Positions 38,901 to 56,416 of a stretch of DNA of 64,000 nt are shown in pieces. The notes below the pieces were generated by a model that was not told the origin of the DNA, did not search any database, and saw nothing but the letters and a program-made list of their open reading frames with translations. Position numbers and translations under genes: made by a program. How positions within the stretch are numbered: the stretch's first letter is position 1; the number at the start of each line of letters is the position of its first letter. The DNA lies in assembly GCF_009914755.1 (NCBI RefSeq), contig NC_060941.1, one strand, 5' to 3'. Origin of the DNA: the human T2T-CHM13v2.0 reference genome, Homo sapiens.

Positions 38901-40402
38901 TAGAATCTTTCTTTTGATTCAGCAGTTTGGAAACAGTCTTTTTGTAGATTTTGCAAAGGGATATTTGTGAACCCATTGAGGCCTATGGTGAAAAAGGAAA
39001 TATCTTCACATAAAAACTAGACAGAAGCTTTCTGAGAAACTGCTTTGTGATGTGTGCATACATCTCACAGAGTTGAAACTTTCTTTTGATTGAGCAGTTT
39101 GGAAGCGTCTTTTTGTAGAATCTTCAATGGGATATTTGTGAGCCCTTGGAGGCCTATGGTGAAAAAGGATATATATTCACATAAAAACTAGACAGAAGTT
39201 TTCTGAGAAACTGATTTGTGATGTGTGCATTCATCTCACAGAGGTAAATGACTCTTTTCATTGCACAGATTGGAAACTCTCTTCTTGTAGAATCTACAAA
39301 GGGATATTTGTGAGTGTTCTTAGGCCTATGGTGAAAAAGGAAATACCTTCACATAAAAACTAGACAGAACATTTCTGAGAAACTTCTTTGTGATGTGTGC
39401 ATTCATCTCACAAATTTGAGCCTTGTTTTTGATTGAGTAGTTTTGAAATGTATTTTTTTTAGAATCTGCAAAGGGATAATTGTGAGCACTTTGAGGCTTA
39501 TGGTGAAAAAGGAAATATCTTCACATAAAGAGTAGAGAGAAGCTTTCTGAGAAACTTCTTTATTATGTGTCCATTCATCTCACAGAGATGAAAGTTACTT
39601 TTGATTGAGCGGTTTGCAAACAGTCTTTTTGTAGTATCTGCAAGGGGATATTTGTGAGCACCTTGAGGCCTATGGAGAAATCGGAAATATCTTCACATGA
39701 AAACGAGACAGAAGCTTTCAGAGAAACTTCCTTGTGATGTGTGCATTCATCTTACAGAGTTGAACATTTCTTATGATTGAGCAGATTGGAAACAGTCTTT
39801 TTGTAGAATCTGCAAAGGGATATTTGTGAGCCCTTTGAGGCCTATGGTGAAAAAGGAAATATCTTCACGTGAGAACTAGACAGAAGCATTCTGAGAAACT
39901 TCTTTGTGATGTGTGCATTCATCTTACAGAGTTGAACATTTCTTATGATTGAGCAGATTGGAAACAGTCTTTTTGTAGAATCTGCAAAGGGATATTTGTG
40001 TGTGCTTTGAGGTCTATGGTGAAAAATGAAATATCTTCACATAAAAACTAGACAGAAGTTTTCTGAGAAACTGATTCATGGTGTGTGCATTCATCTCACG
40101 GAAATAAACGCTTCTTTTCAATGAACAGATTGGAAACTCTGTTCTTATACAATCTACAAAGTGATATTTGTGAGAGCTTTGAGGCCTACTGTGAAAAAGG
40201 AGATACATTCACATAAAAACTAGACAGAACATTTCTGAGAAACTTCTTTGTGAGGTGTCCATTCATCACAAAGAGTTGAAAATTTCATTTCATTGAGCAA
40301 CTTCAAAACAGTCTTTTTGAAAAATCTGCAAAGAGATATTTGTGAGCGGTATGAGGCCATGGTGAAAAGGGAAATATCCTCACATTAAAACTAGACAGAA
40401 GC

Positions 40403-41196
40403 TTTTTTTTAAAAATAATTTCTCAGTCTTTATTTAATAAGAGTTCTGAAAGTATTACAAACATGGAGTAAGTCTTACTATGTTGAAGAGAAAGGAAAAC
40501 TGTATAGATTGTAAAAAACCGTTTTTCTCTTTCCTTTAACAAAAGTGTGTATACATTTGCATGAATGCAGCTGTGGTGCAAAACTTAGATATAAGAGCTT
40601 TTGTTGCTATTTCTGGCACTGGATTTAATACTACTTTTCCACTCATGGGGAATTAATTAGCTGATGTAACTTCCTCAGGAAACACTAGATACTTGCTTGC
40701 CTACTTTTACAGACACAGAAAATTCTGGTTGGGACTCTGTCAGTCCCAATTACAGAGCTGTTAGAGAATTTATCTTTGTCATGTGAAATGTATCAAATTA
40801 TTGTGTGAAACAAAATACTTGTTGTTTTTTGAAATTCATAGGGATTAATTTGAAAACAACATTTATATTTGTAAAACCAACACAGAATATGGAAGGGAAG
40901 TAAATATTCTTCAATGTAGAATATGTAAACTCTGTCTTTTTGAGCTGCTAATGAAAGAATGTATTATTAGGAAAAGTATCATACAGGATTTTAATGTGAC
41001 ACGTGGCTTACGCTGATTCTATCATAGTCTTTTATGCTAAGAAATGATGATTTAATAATATCTTCAAAGAAAGTAAGTAGAGTTGTCATTACCAAAATAA
41101 GTCAAGGCAATTGGCCATGTAAATTTAACATAATTTTGTTTCCACTTTATATGTTGTTCCACAACATAATTTTGTTTTCCACTTTAGCTGTACTTA
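40403..41196 (-). other. 3'-transduced non-L1 DNA with its own poly-A signal and tail
   Basis: T8 at 40403-40410 abuts alpha satellite, with TTTATT at 40429-40434 (AATAAA 18 nt before the tail on minus). The unique AT-rich sequence lies immediately downstream of the minus-strand L1 tail at ~41197. Confidence 0.82.
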
Positions 41197-44017
<2,821 letters not shown>

Positions 44018-47000
44018 TTTGTGATGTGTGCATTCATCTCAGAGGGTTGAAACTTTCTTTTGATTGAGTAGTTTGGAAACAGTCTTTTTTTAGAATCTGC
44101 AAATGGATATTTGGAGCACTTGGGGACTATGGTGAAATAGAAAGTATCTTCACTTTAAAAGTAGACAAATTTTTCTGGGAAACTTCTTTGTGATGTGTCC
44201 ATTCAACACACACAGACTTGAGCATTTCTTTCAATTGAGCAGTTTGGAAACAATCTTATTATAGAATCTGCATAAGGAAATTTGTGAGAGGTTTGAGGCC
44301 TATGTTGAAAAAGGAAATATCTTCACATTAAAACTAGACAGAAGCTGTCTGAGAAACTCCTTTGAGATGTGTGCATTCATCTCACGGAGTTGAACTTTTC
44401 TTTTGATTGAGCAGTTTGGAAAATGTCTTTCCGTAGAATCTGCCAAGAGATATTTGGAGTGCTTTAAGGCCTATTGTGAAAAAGGAAATATGTTCACATA
44501 AAAACTAGACAGAAGTTTTCGCAAAATCTGATTTGGGATGTGTTCATTCATCTTACAGTGTTGAACCTTTCTTTTCATTGAGCAGTTTGGAAGCAGTCTC
44601 TTTGTAGAATCTGCAAAGGGATATTTTTGAGCACTTGGAGGCCTTTGGTGAAAAAGGATATATCTTCACATAAAAACTAGACAGAAGGTTTCTGAGAAAC
44701 TGATTTTTGATGTGTGCATTCATCTCACAGACGTAAATGCTTCTTTTCATTGAGCAGTTTGCAAACTCTGTTCTTGTGGAATCTGCAAATGGATATTTGT
44801 GAGGGCTTTGAGGCCTATGGTGAAAAAGGAAATATCTTCACATAAAAACTATACTGAACATTTCTGAGAAACTTCTTTGTGATGTGTGCATTCATCTCTC
44901 ACATTGGAAACTTTCTTTTCATTGAGCTGTTTGGAAACAGTCTTTTTGTATAATCTGCAAAGGGATATTTGTGAGCCCTTTGAAGCCTATGGTGAAAAAG
45001 AAAATATCTTCACATAAAAACTAGACAGAAGCCTTCTGAGAAACTTCTTTGTGATATGTCCATTCATCTCACAGAGTTGAACCCTACTTTTGATTGAGCA
45101 GTTTTGAAGAAGTCTTTTTGTAGAATCTGCAAAGGGATTTTAGTGAGCAGTTCTAGGCCTACGGTGAAAAGGGAAATATCTTCGCATAAAAACTAGACAG
45201 AAGGTTTCTGAGAAACTGATTTATGACGTGGGCATTTGTCTCACAGACATAAATGCTCCTTTTCATTGAGCAGTTTGGAAAAAGTCTCCTTGTAGAATTA
45301 GCAAATGGATATTTGTGAGTGCTTTGAGGCCTATGGTGAAAAGGAAATATCTTCACATAAAAACTAAACAGAAGCATTCTGAGAAACTTCTTTGTGAGCT
45401 GTGGATTCATGTCACAGAGTTGAACCTGTCTTTTGATAGAGCAGCTTTGAAACAGTCTTTTTGTAGAATCTGCAAAGGGATACTTTGGAGTGCTTTGAGG
45501 TCTATGGTGAAAAAAGAAATATCTTCACATAAAAACTATATGGAAGCTTTCTGGAAAACTTGTTTGTGAACTCTGCATTCATCTCACAGAGTTGAAACTT
45601 TATTTTGATTGAGCATTTTGGAAAGAGTCGTTTTGTAGAATCTGTTAAGGGATATTTGTGAGTGCTTTGACATCTATGGTGAAAAAGGAAATATCTTCAC
45701 AGAAAAACTAGATGGAAGCTTTCTGAGAAACTTCTCTGTGATGTGTGCATTCATCTCAGAGAGTTGAACCTTTCTTTTGATTGAGCAGTTTGGAAACAGT
45801 CTTTTTATAGAATCTGCCAAGTGATAATTGGACTGCATTTAGGCCAATGGTGAAAAAGGAAATATCTATACATAAAGACTAGTTAGAAGCTTTCTGAGGA
45901 ACTTCTTTGCGATGTGTGCATTCATCTCACAGACTTGAACCTTTCTGTTAATTGAGCTGTTTGGAAGCAGTCTTTTTATAGAATGTGCAAAGGGATATTT
46001 GTGAAGCAGTTTGAGGCCTATGGTGAAAAAGGAAATTCCTCATATGTAAATTAGAGAGAAGCTTTATGAGAAACTTCTCTGTGATGTGTGCATTCATCTC
46101 ACAGAGTTGAATCTTTCTTTGGATTGAACAGTTTGGAAACAGTCTTTTTGTAGAATCTGCAAATCAATATTTGCCGCTCTTTGAGGCCTGTGGTGAAAAA
46201 GGAAATATTTTCACATAAAAAGTAGACAGAAGCTTTCTGAGAAATTTATTTATGATGTGCGCATTCATCTCACAGAGTTGGACCTTCCTTTGATTGAGCA
46301 GTTTGGAAACAGTCTTTTTGTAAAATCTGCAATTCAGTATTTGTCACGCTTTGAGTCCTATGGTGAAAATGGAAATATCTTCACATGAAAAGTATATGGA
46401 AGCTTTCTGAGAAACTTTTCTTATGTGTGCATTCAACTCACAGGGCTGAACCTTTCTTTTGATTGAGCAATTTGGAAACAGTCTTTTTGTAGTATCAGCA
46501 AAGGGATATTTGGAGCGCTTTGAGGCCTAAGTTGAAAAAGGGAATATCTGCACATAAAAACTAGACAGAAGCTTTCTGAGAAGCTTCTTTGTGATGTGGG
46601 CATTCATCTCAGAGAGTTGAACCTTTCATTTCATTGAGCAGTTTGGAAACTGTCTTTTTGTAGAATCTGCAAAAGGATATTTGGTGTGCTTTGAGACCTA
46701 CTGTGAAAATGGAAATATCTTCACATAAAAACTAGATGGAAGCATTCTAAGACACTTACTTAAGATGTGAGCACTCATCTCCCAGAGTTGAACCTTTCTT
46801 TTGATTGAGCAGTTTGGAAACAGTCATTTTGTAGAATCTGCAAAGGGATGTTTTGAGCTGTTTGAGGTCTATGGTGAAAAAGGAAATATCTTCACATAAA
46901 AACTAGACAGAAGCTTTCTGAGAAACTTTTCTGTGATGTGTGCATTCACCTCACAGAGTTGAACTTTTCTTTGGATTGAACAGTTTGGAAACAGTCTTTT

Positions 47001-50000
47001 TGTAGAATCTGCAAATTGATATTTGCCACTCTTTGAGGCCTGTGGTGAAAAAGGAAATATCTTCACATAAAAATTAGACAGAAGCTGTCTGAGAAATTCT
47101 TTGTGATGTGTACATTCGTCTCACAGACTTAAACCTTTTTTTGAGCAGTTTGGAAGCAGTCTTTTTGTAGAATCTGGAAAGGGATATTTGGAGAACTTTG
47201 AAGTCTTTGGTGAAGAAGGAAATATCTTCACATCAAAACTAGACAGAAGCTTTCTTAGAAACTACTTTGTGATGTGTGCATTCATCTCACACAGTTGAAG
47301 CTTTCTTTGAATTGAGCAGTTTGGAAACAGTGTTTTTGTAGAATCTGTAAAGAGATACATGGAGCGCTATGAGGCATCTGGTGAAAAAGGAAATATCTTC
47401 ACATAAAAACTAGACAGAATGTTCCTGAGAAACCTCTTTGTGATGTGTGCATTCATCTCACAGAGTTGAAAATTTCTTTTGATGGAGCAGTTTTCAAAGA
47501 GTCTTTTTGTGGAATCTGTAAAGGGATATATGTGAGCACTTTGAGGCCTATAGTGAAAAGGAAATATCTTCACATCAAAGCTAGATGGAAAATCTCTGAG
47601 ATACTTCTTTGTGATGTGTGCATTCATCTCACATAGGTGAGCCTTTCTTTTGATTGAACAGTTTGGAAGCAGTCGTTTCTAGAATCTGCAAATTGATATT
47701 TGCCACTCTTTGAGGCCTGTGGTAAAAACGAAATATGTTCACATAACAACTAGACTGAACGTTTCTGAGAAACTTCTCTATGGTGTCTGCATTCATCTCA
47801 CAGAGTTGAACCTTCTTTTGATTGAGCAGGTTGGCAACAGTCTTTTTGTAGAATCTGTAAATTGATATTTGCCGCACTTTGAGGCCTATGGTGAGAAAGG
47901 AAATATCTTCACAAGAAAGTAGATGGAAGCTTTCTGAGAAACTTGTTTGTGATGTGTGCATTCATCTCACAGAGCTGAACCTTTCTTTTGATTGAGCAGT
48001 TTGTAAAGAGTCTTTTGTAGAATTGGCAAAGGGATATTTGGAGTCCTTTGAGGCCTATGGTGAAAAAGGAAATATCTCCACATAAAAACTATACAGAAGC
48101 TTTCTGTGAAACTTCTTTGTGATGTGTGCATACATCTCAGAGACACGATCTTCACATGAAAACTAGACAGAAGCTTTCTGAGAAACTTCCTTGTGATCTG
48201 CACATTCCTCTCACCCAGTTGAACTTTTCTTTTGATTCAGCAGTTTGGAAGCAGCCTTTTTGTAGATCCTGCAGAGGGATATTTCTGAGTGCTTTGAGGC
48301 CTGTGGTGAAAAATGAAATTTCTTCATATAAAAACTAGACAGAAGCTTTCTGGGAAACTTCCTTGTTATGTGTGCATTCATCTCACAGAGGTGAACCTTT
48401 CTTTTGATTGATCAGTTTGGAAACAGTCTTTTTGTAGAATCTGCAAAGAGATATTTGGATTGCTATGAGACCTATCTTGAAAAACGAAGTATCTTCACAT
48501 AAAAACTAGACAAAAGCTTTCTGAGAAACTTCTTTGTGATCTGTGCATTCATCTCACAGAGCAAAACCTTCCTTTTGATTGAGCAGTTTGGAAACAGTCC
48601 TTTTGTAGTATCTGTAATGGGATATATGTGAGCCTCTTGAGGCCTGGGGTGAAAAAGGAAATATCTTCAAATAAAAACAAGACAGAAACATTCTGAGAAA
48701 CTTCTTTGTGATGTGTCCATTCATCGCACAGAGCTGAACATTTCCTTTGATTGAGAAGTGTGGAAACAGTCTTTTTGAAGAATCTGCTGAGGGATATTTG
48801 TGAGCAGTTTGAGACCTGTGGTGAAAAAGAAATATCTTTACATTAAAAATAGACAGAAGCTTTCTGAGAAACTGCTTTTTGATGTGTGGATACATCTCAC
48901 AGATTAGAAGCCTTCTTTGAATTGAGCAGTCTGATAACAGACTTTTTGTAGAACCTGCAAATGTATATTTTGAATACTTTGAGGCCTATGGTGAAAAGGG
49001 AAATATCTTCAAATAAATCTAGACAGAATCTTTCTGTGAAACTTCTTTGTGATAGCTCTATTCATCTCACAGAGTTGTACATTTCTTTTAATTGAGCAGT
49101 ATGTAAACAGTCTTTTTGTAGAATCTGCAAAGGGATATTTCTGAGTCGTTTGAGGCCTCTGGTGCAACAGGAAATATCTTCACATAACTTCTAGCCAGAA
49201 GCTTTCTGAGAAACTTCTTTGTGATGCGTGGATTCATCTCACAGAGGAGAAATTTTCCTTTGATTGATCAATATGGAAAATCTCTTTATGTAGAATCTGC
49301 CAGGGGATATATGGAGTGCATTGAGGCTTATGTTGAAAAAGGAAATATTTTCACATAAAAACTAAACAAAATCTTTCTGAGAAACTTCTTTGTGATCTCT
49401 GCAATCATGTCAGAGAGTTGAAACTTTCTTTTGATTGAGCAGTTTGGATACAGTCTTTTTGTAGAATCTGCACATGGATATTTGTGAGTGGTCTGAGGCC
49501 TATGGTGAAAAAGGAAATATCTTCACATAAAAACTAGACCAAAGATTTCTCAGAAACTTCTTGGTAATGTGTACATTCATCTCACATATTCGAACATTTC
49601 TTTTGATTGAACATTTTGCAAACACTCTTATTGTAGAATCTGCCAAGGGATATTTGGAGCGCATTGAGGCCTATGGTGAAAAAGGAAACATCTACATATA
49701 AAAACTAGACAGAGGCTTTCTGAAAAACTTCTTTCTGATGTGTGCATTCATCTCACAGAGTTGAACCTTCCTTTCACGGAGCAGTTGACAACAGTCTTTT
49801 TGTAGAATCTGCAAAGGAATATTTGGAGCACTTTGAGGACTATGGTGAAAATGGAAATATCTTCACATAAAATTTAGACAGAAGCTTTCAGAAAAACTTC
49901 CTTATGATGTGTGCATTCATCTCACAGAGTTGAACGTTTCTTTTGATCGAGCAGTTTGGCGACAGTCTTTTTGTAGAATATGCAAAAGGATATTTGGCAC

Positions 50001-53000
50001 ACTTTGAGGCCTATGGTGTAAAACGAAATATCTTCACCTAAAAAGTAGACGGAAGTTTTCTGAGGAACCACTTTGTGATGTGTGCATTCATCTCACAGAT
50101 TTGAACCATTCTTTTGATTGAGCAGTTTAGACACAGTCTTTTTGCAGAATCTGCAAAGGGATGTTTGGAGCGCATTGAGACCTATGGTGAAAAAGGAAAT
50201 ATCTTCACATAAAAATTACAGAGAACCTTTCTGAGAAACTTCCTTGTGATGTGTGCATTCATCTCACAGTGTTGAACATTTCTATTGATTGAGCAGTTTT
50301 GTAACAGTCTTTTTGTAGAATCTGTAAAGGGATATATGTGAGCACTTTGAGGCTCATGGTAAAAAAGGAAATATCTGCACATAAAACTAGACAGAAGATT
50401 TCTGAGAAACTTCTTTGTGATCTGTGCATTCATCTCACTCAGTTTAACCATTCTTTTGATTGAGCACTTTGGAAACAGTCTTTTTGTAGAGTCTGCAAAG
50501 GGATACTTGTGAGCATTTTGAGCCCTAGGGTGAAAAAGGATATATCTTCACATAAAAACTAGACAAAAGCTTTCTGAGAAACTTCTTTGTAATGCGTGGA
50601 TTCATCTCACAGAATTAAACTTTTCTTTTGATTGAACAGTTTGGAAAAGTCTTTTTATAGAATCTGCCAAGGGATATTTGGAGTGCTTTGAGGCCTATGA
50701 TGTAAAAGGAAATATCTTCACATAAAAACTAGACAGAAGATTTCTGAGAAATTTCTTTGTGATTTTTCCATTCATCTCAGAGAGTTGAATGTTTTCTTTG
50801 ATTGAACAGTTTGGAAACAATCTTTTTGTAGAATCTGCCAAGGGATATTTGGAGTGCTTTGAGGCCATGGTGAAAAAGGAAATATCTTTACATAAAAACT
50901 AGACAGAAGCTTTCTGAGGAACTTCTTTGTGATGTGTGCTTTCATCTCACAAAGCTGAACCTTTCTTTTTATTGAGCAGTTTGTAAAAAGTCTTTTTGTA
51001 AATTCTGCAAAAGGATTTTTGTGAGCTGTTTGATGCCGATGTTGAAAAAGGAAATATTGACAAATAAAATCTAGACAGACCCTTTCTAGGAAACTACTTT
51101 GGGATGTGTGCATTCATCTCACAGAGTTGAACCATTCTTTTGTTGAGCAGTTGTGGAAACAGTGTTTTTGTAGTATCTGCAGAGAGATATATGCAGGCAG
51201 TTATAGGCTAATTCTGAAAAAGTAAATATCTTCATATAAGAACTAGACAGTAGGTTTCTGAGAATCTTCCTTGTGATGTGTGCATTCATCACACTGAGTT
51301 GAACCTTTGTTTTGATTGAGCAGTTTGGAAACAGTCTTTTTGCAGAATCTGTAAAGTGATATTTGAGAACGCTTTTATGCTCATGGTGAAAAATGAAGTA
51401 TCTTCACATAAAAACTAGACAGTAGCATTCCGAGAAACTTCTTTGTGATGTGTGAATTCATCTCACAGAGTTGAACCTTTGTTTTGATTGAGCAGTTTGG
51501 AAACAGTCTTTTTCTAGAATCTGCAAAGGATATTTGTGAGCGCTTTGAGGCCTATGGTGAAAATGGAAATTTCTTCACATAAAAACTAAAGAGAAGTTTT
51601 CTGAGAAACTTCTTTGTGATGTGTGCTTTCATCTCAGAGATTTGAATCTTCCTTTTGGTTGAGCAGTTTGGACACAGTCTTTATGTAGAATCTGTACAGG
51701 GATATATGAGCACTTTCAGGCCTATGGTGAAAAAGGAAATATCTTCACATAAACACTAGACAGAAGCTTTTTGAGCAACTTCTTTGTGATGTCTGCATTC
51801 ATCTCATAGAGGTCAACCTTTCTTTTCATTGAGAAGTTTGGAAACAGTCTTTTTGTAGAATCTGCCAAGTGATATTTGAACCACTTTTAGGCCTATGGTG
51901 AAAAAGGAAATATGTTTACATAAAAACTAGACAGACGCTATCTGAGAAACTTCTTTGTGATGTGTGCATTCATCTCACAGTGTTAAATCTTTCTGTTCAT
52001 TGAGCAATTTGGAAACTGTCTTTTTGTATAATCTGCAAAGGGATAGTTGTGAGCTCTTTGAGGCCTGTGGTGAAAAAGGAAACATCTTCACATAAAAACT
52101 AGAGAGAAGTTTTCTGAGAAACTTCCTTGTGATCTGTGCACTCACCTCACAGGGTTGAACCTTTCTGTTCATTTAGCAGTTTGGAAAGAGTCTTTTTGTA
52201 GTATCTGCACAGGGATATTTGTGAGCCCTTTGAGGCCTTTGGTGAAAAAGGAAATATCTTCACATAAAAACTAGACAGAAGATTTCTGAGAAACTTCCTT
52301 GTGATCTGTGCATTCATCTCACAGAGCTAAACCTGCTTTCTGATTGAACAGTATGGAAACAGTCTTTTTGTAGAATCTGCAGCGTGATATTGGGATAGCT
52401 TTTAGGCCTGAGGTGAAAAAGGAAATATCTTCACATGAAAACTAGACAGGTGTTTTCTGAGAAACTTCTTTGTGATGTTTGCATTCATCTCATGGAGTTG
52501 AACTTTTCTTTTGATTGAGCAGTTTGGAAAGAGTATTTTTATAGAATCTGTAAAGGGATATGCATAAGCCCTTTGAGGCTTATGGTGAAAAAGGAAATAT
52601 CTTCACGTCAAAACTAGACAGAAGCTTTCAGAGAAACTTCTTTGTGATGTGTGTATTCATCTCACAGAGTTGAATCTTTCTGTTCATTGAGCAATTTTGA
52701 AACAGTCTTTTTGTAGAATCTGCAAAAGGATATTTGTGAGCCCTTTGAGGCCTATGGTGAAAAAAGAAATATCTTTACATAAAAACATGAAAGAAGCATT
52801 CTGAGAAACTTCCTTGTGATGTATTCATTCATCTCACACAGTTGAATCTTTCTTTTGATAGAGCAGATCAGAAACAATCTTTTTGTGGAATCTGCAAAGG
52901 AATATTCATGAATGGTTTGAGGCCTATGTTGAAAAAGGAAATGTCTTCACCTTAAAAATAGACAAAAGATTTTTGAGAAACTTTTCTGTAATGTGTGCAT

Positions 53001-54672
53001 TCATCTTACAGAGTTGAACATTTCTTTTGATTGAGTAGTTTGGAAACAATCTTTTTGTAAAATCTGCCAAGGGATATTTGGAGCGCTTTGATGCCTGTGG
53101 TGAAAAAGGAAATATATTCATATTAAAACTAGATAGAGGTTTTTCAGAAAATTCTATGTATGTATGCATTAATCTCACAGAGTTGAACATTTCCTTTGAT
53201 TGATCAGTTCGGAAACAGTCTTTTTGTAGAATTGGTAAAATGATATTTGGAGCACCCTGAGGGCTATGGTGAAAAAGGAAATATCTTCACATGTAAGCTA
53301 GACAGAAGCTTTCTGAGAAACTTCGTTGTGATGTGTTCATTTTTCTCAAAGAGTTGAACCTTTCCTTTGAGCAGTATGGGAACAGTCTTTTTGAAGAATC
53401 TGCCAAGGGATATTGGAGAGCAGTTTGAGGCCTATTTTGAAAAAGGATATATCTTCACATAAAAACTAGGCAGAAGATTTCTGAGAAACTTCTTTGTGAT
53501 GTGTGCTTTCATCTCAAATAGTTGAACCTTACTTTTGATTGAACCATTGGGAAAGAGTCTTTTGTAGAATCTACGAAAGGATATTTGGAGTGCTTTGAGG
53601 TCTTTGGTGAAGAAGAAAATATCTTCACATAAAAACTAGACAGAAGCTTAATGAGAAAATTCTTTGTGATGGCTGCATTCATCTCACAGAGTTGAACCTT
53701 TCTTTTGATTGAGCAGTTTAGAAACAGTTTTTTTTGTAAAATCTGTAAAGGGATATTTGGAGAACTTTGAGGCCTGTGGTGAAAAAGGAAATATCTTCAC
53801 ATAACAATTAGATGGAAGCTTTTTGAGAAACTTCTTTGTGATGTGTGGATTCATCTCACAGAGTTGAAACTTTCTTTTGATTGAGCAGTTTGGAAACAGT
53901 CTTTTTGTGGAATCTGCAAAAGGATATTTGGTACGCTTTGAGGTCTATGGTGAAAAAGATAACATCCTCACATAAAAACCAGATGGAAGATTTCTGAGGA
54001 ACTTCTTTATGATGTGTGCATTCATCCCACAGGGCTGAAATTTTCTTTTGATTTAGCAGTTTGGAAACAGTCTTTTTGTAGAATCTGCAAAGGGATATTT
54101 TGAGTGGTTTGAGGCCTATGTTGAAAAAGGAATTATCGTCACATAGAAACTAGAGAGAAGCTTTCTGAGAAACTCCTTGTGATGTGGGCATTCATCTCAC
54201 AGACTTGAAACTTTCTTTTGATTTAGCAGGTTGGAAGCAGTCTTTTTGTAGAATCTGCAAAGGGATATTTGGAGCGATTTGAAGCCTTTGGTGAAAAAGG
54301 AAATATCTCCACATAAAAAGTAGACAGAAGCTTTCTGAGAAAATTCTTTGTGATGTGTGCATTCATCTCACACATTTGAACCTTTTTTTGATCGAGCAGT
54401 TTTGAAACAGTCTTTTTGTAGAATCTGTAAAGAGATAAATGTGAGCCCTTTGAGGCCTATGGTGAAAAGGAAATATCTTCACATCAAAACTAGACAGAAG
54501 CTTTCTGGGAAACTTCTTTGTGATGTGTGCATTCATCTCACAGAGTTGAAACTTTCTTTTGATTGAACAGTTTAAAAACAGTCTTTTTGAAGAATCTTCA
54601 AATGGATATTTGAGCTCTTTGATGCCTATGGTGAAAAGAGAATTATCTTCACATGAAAACTAGAAAGAAGCT

Positions 54673-56416
54673 CTCTCCCTCTCTCTCTCCCTCTCCCTCT
54701 CCCCACAGTCTCCCTCTCCCTCTCTTTCCATGGTCTCCCTCTGATGCCGAGCCAAAGCTGGACTGTACTGCTGCCATCTCGGCTCACTGCAACCTCCCTG
54801 CCTGATTCTCCTGCCTCAGCCTGCCAAGTGCCTGCCATTGCAGGCACGCGCCACCACGCCTGACTGGTTTTTGCATTTTTTTGGTGGAGACGGGGTTTCG
54901 CTGTGTTGGCTGGGCCGGTCTCCAGCTCCTAACCACGAGTGATCCGCCAGCCTCGGCCTCCCTAGGTGCCGGGATTGCAGACGGAATCTCATTCACTCAG
55001 TGCTCAGTGGTGCCCAGGCTGGAGTGCAGTGGCGTGATCTCGGCTCGCTACAACCTCCACCTCCCAGCCGCCTGCCTTGGCCTCCCAAAGTGCCGAGACT
55101 GCAGCCTCTGCCTGGCCGCCACCCCGTCTGGGAAGTGAGGAGTGTCTCTGCCTGGCCGCCCATCGTCTGGGATGTGAGGAGCCCCTCTGCCTGGCTGCCC
55201 AGTCTGGAAAGTGAGGGGCGTCTCTGCCCGGCCGCCATCCCATCTAGGAAGCGAGGAGCGCCTCTTCCCGGCCGCCATCCCCATCTAGGAAGTGAGGAGC
55301 GTCTCTGCCCGGCCGCCCATCGTCTGAGATGTGGGGAGCGCCTCTGCCCCGCTGCCCCTTCTGGGATGTGAGGAGCCCCTCTGCCCGGCCGTGACCCCGT
55401 CTGGGAGGTGAGGAGCATCTTTGCCCGGCCGCCCCATCTGAGAAGTGAGGAGACCCTCTGCCTGGCAACCGCCCCGTCTGAGAAGTGAGGAGCCCCTCCG
55501 CCCAGCAGCCGCCCCGTCTGAGAAGTGAACAGCCCCTCCGCCTGGCAGCTGCCCCATCTGGGAAGTGAGGAGCATCTCCGCCCGGCAGCCACCCCGCCCG
55601 GGAGGGAGGTGGGGGGGGTCAGCCCCCCGCCCCGCCAGCCGCCTCATCCGGGAGGGAGGTGGGGGGGTCAGCCCCCGGCCCGGCCAGCCGCCCCGTCCGG
55701 GAGGGAGGTGGGGGGTCAGCCCCCCACCCGGCCAGCCGCCCCGTCCGGGAGGGAGGTGGGGGGTCAGCCCCCCACCCGGCCAGCCGCCCCATCCAGGAGG
55801 TGAGGGGCGCCTCTGCCCGGCCGCTCCTACTGGGAAGTGAGGAGCCCCTCTGCCCGGCCACCACCCCATCTGGGAGGTGTACCCAACAGCTCATTGAGAA
55901 CGGGCCATGATGACAATGGCGGTTTTGTGGAATAGAAAGGGGGGAAAGGTGGGGAAAAGACTGAGAAATCGGATGGTTGCCATGTCTGTGTAGAAAGAAG
56001 TAGACATGGGAGACTTTTCATTTTGTTCTGTACTAAGGAAAATTCTTCTGCATTGGGATCCTGTTGATCTGTGACCTTACCCCCAACCCTGTGCTCTCTG
56101 AAACATGTGCTGTGTCCACTCAGGGTTAAATGGATTAAGGGTGGTGCAAGATGTGCTTTGTTAAACAGATACTTGAAGGCAGCATGCTCCATAAGAGTCA
56201 TCACCACTCCCTAATCTCAAGTACCCAGGGACACAAACACTGTGGAAGGCCGCAGGGTCCTCTGCCTAGGAAAACCAGAGGCCTTTGTTCACTTGTTTAT
56301 CTGCTGACCTTCCCTCCACTATTGTCCTATGACCCTGCCAAATCCCCCTCTGTGAGAAACACCCAAGAATGATCAATAAAAAAAAAAGAAAAAAAAAGAA
56401 AAATGAAAAAAAAAAA
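54673..56416 (+). mobile_element. Full-length SVA retrotransposon (C/D-like, subfamily not resolved)
   Basis: (CCCTCT)n head, antisense Alu-like region, GC-rich VNTR (~55100-55880), SINE-R, AATAAA at 56375-56380 and poly-A. 18-bp TSD GAAAACTAGAAAGAAGCT at 54655-54672 and 56417-56434. Confidence 0.97.

Noticed and set aside
54626-56372. Cluster of Pro/Gly/Arg-rich ORFs
   Set aside because: These are translations of the SVA Alu-like, VNTR and SINE-R regions.
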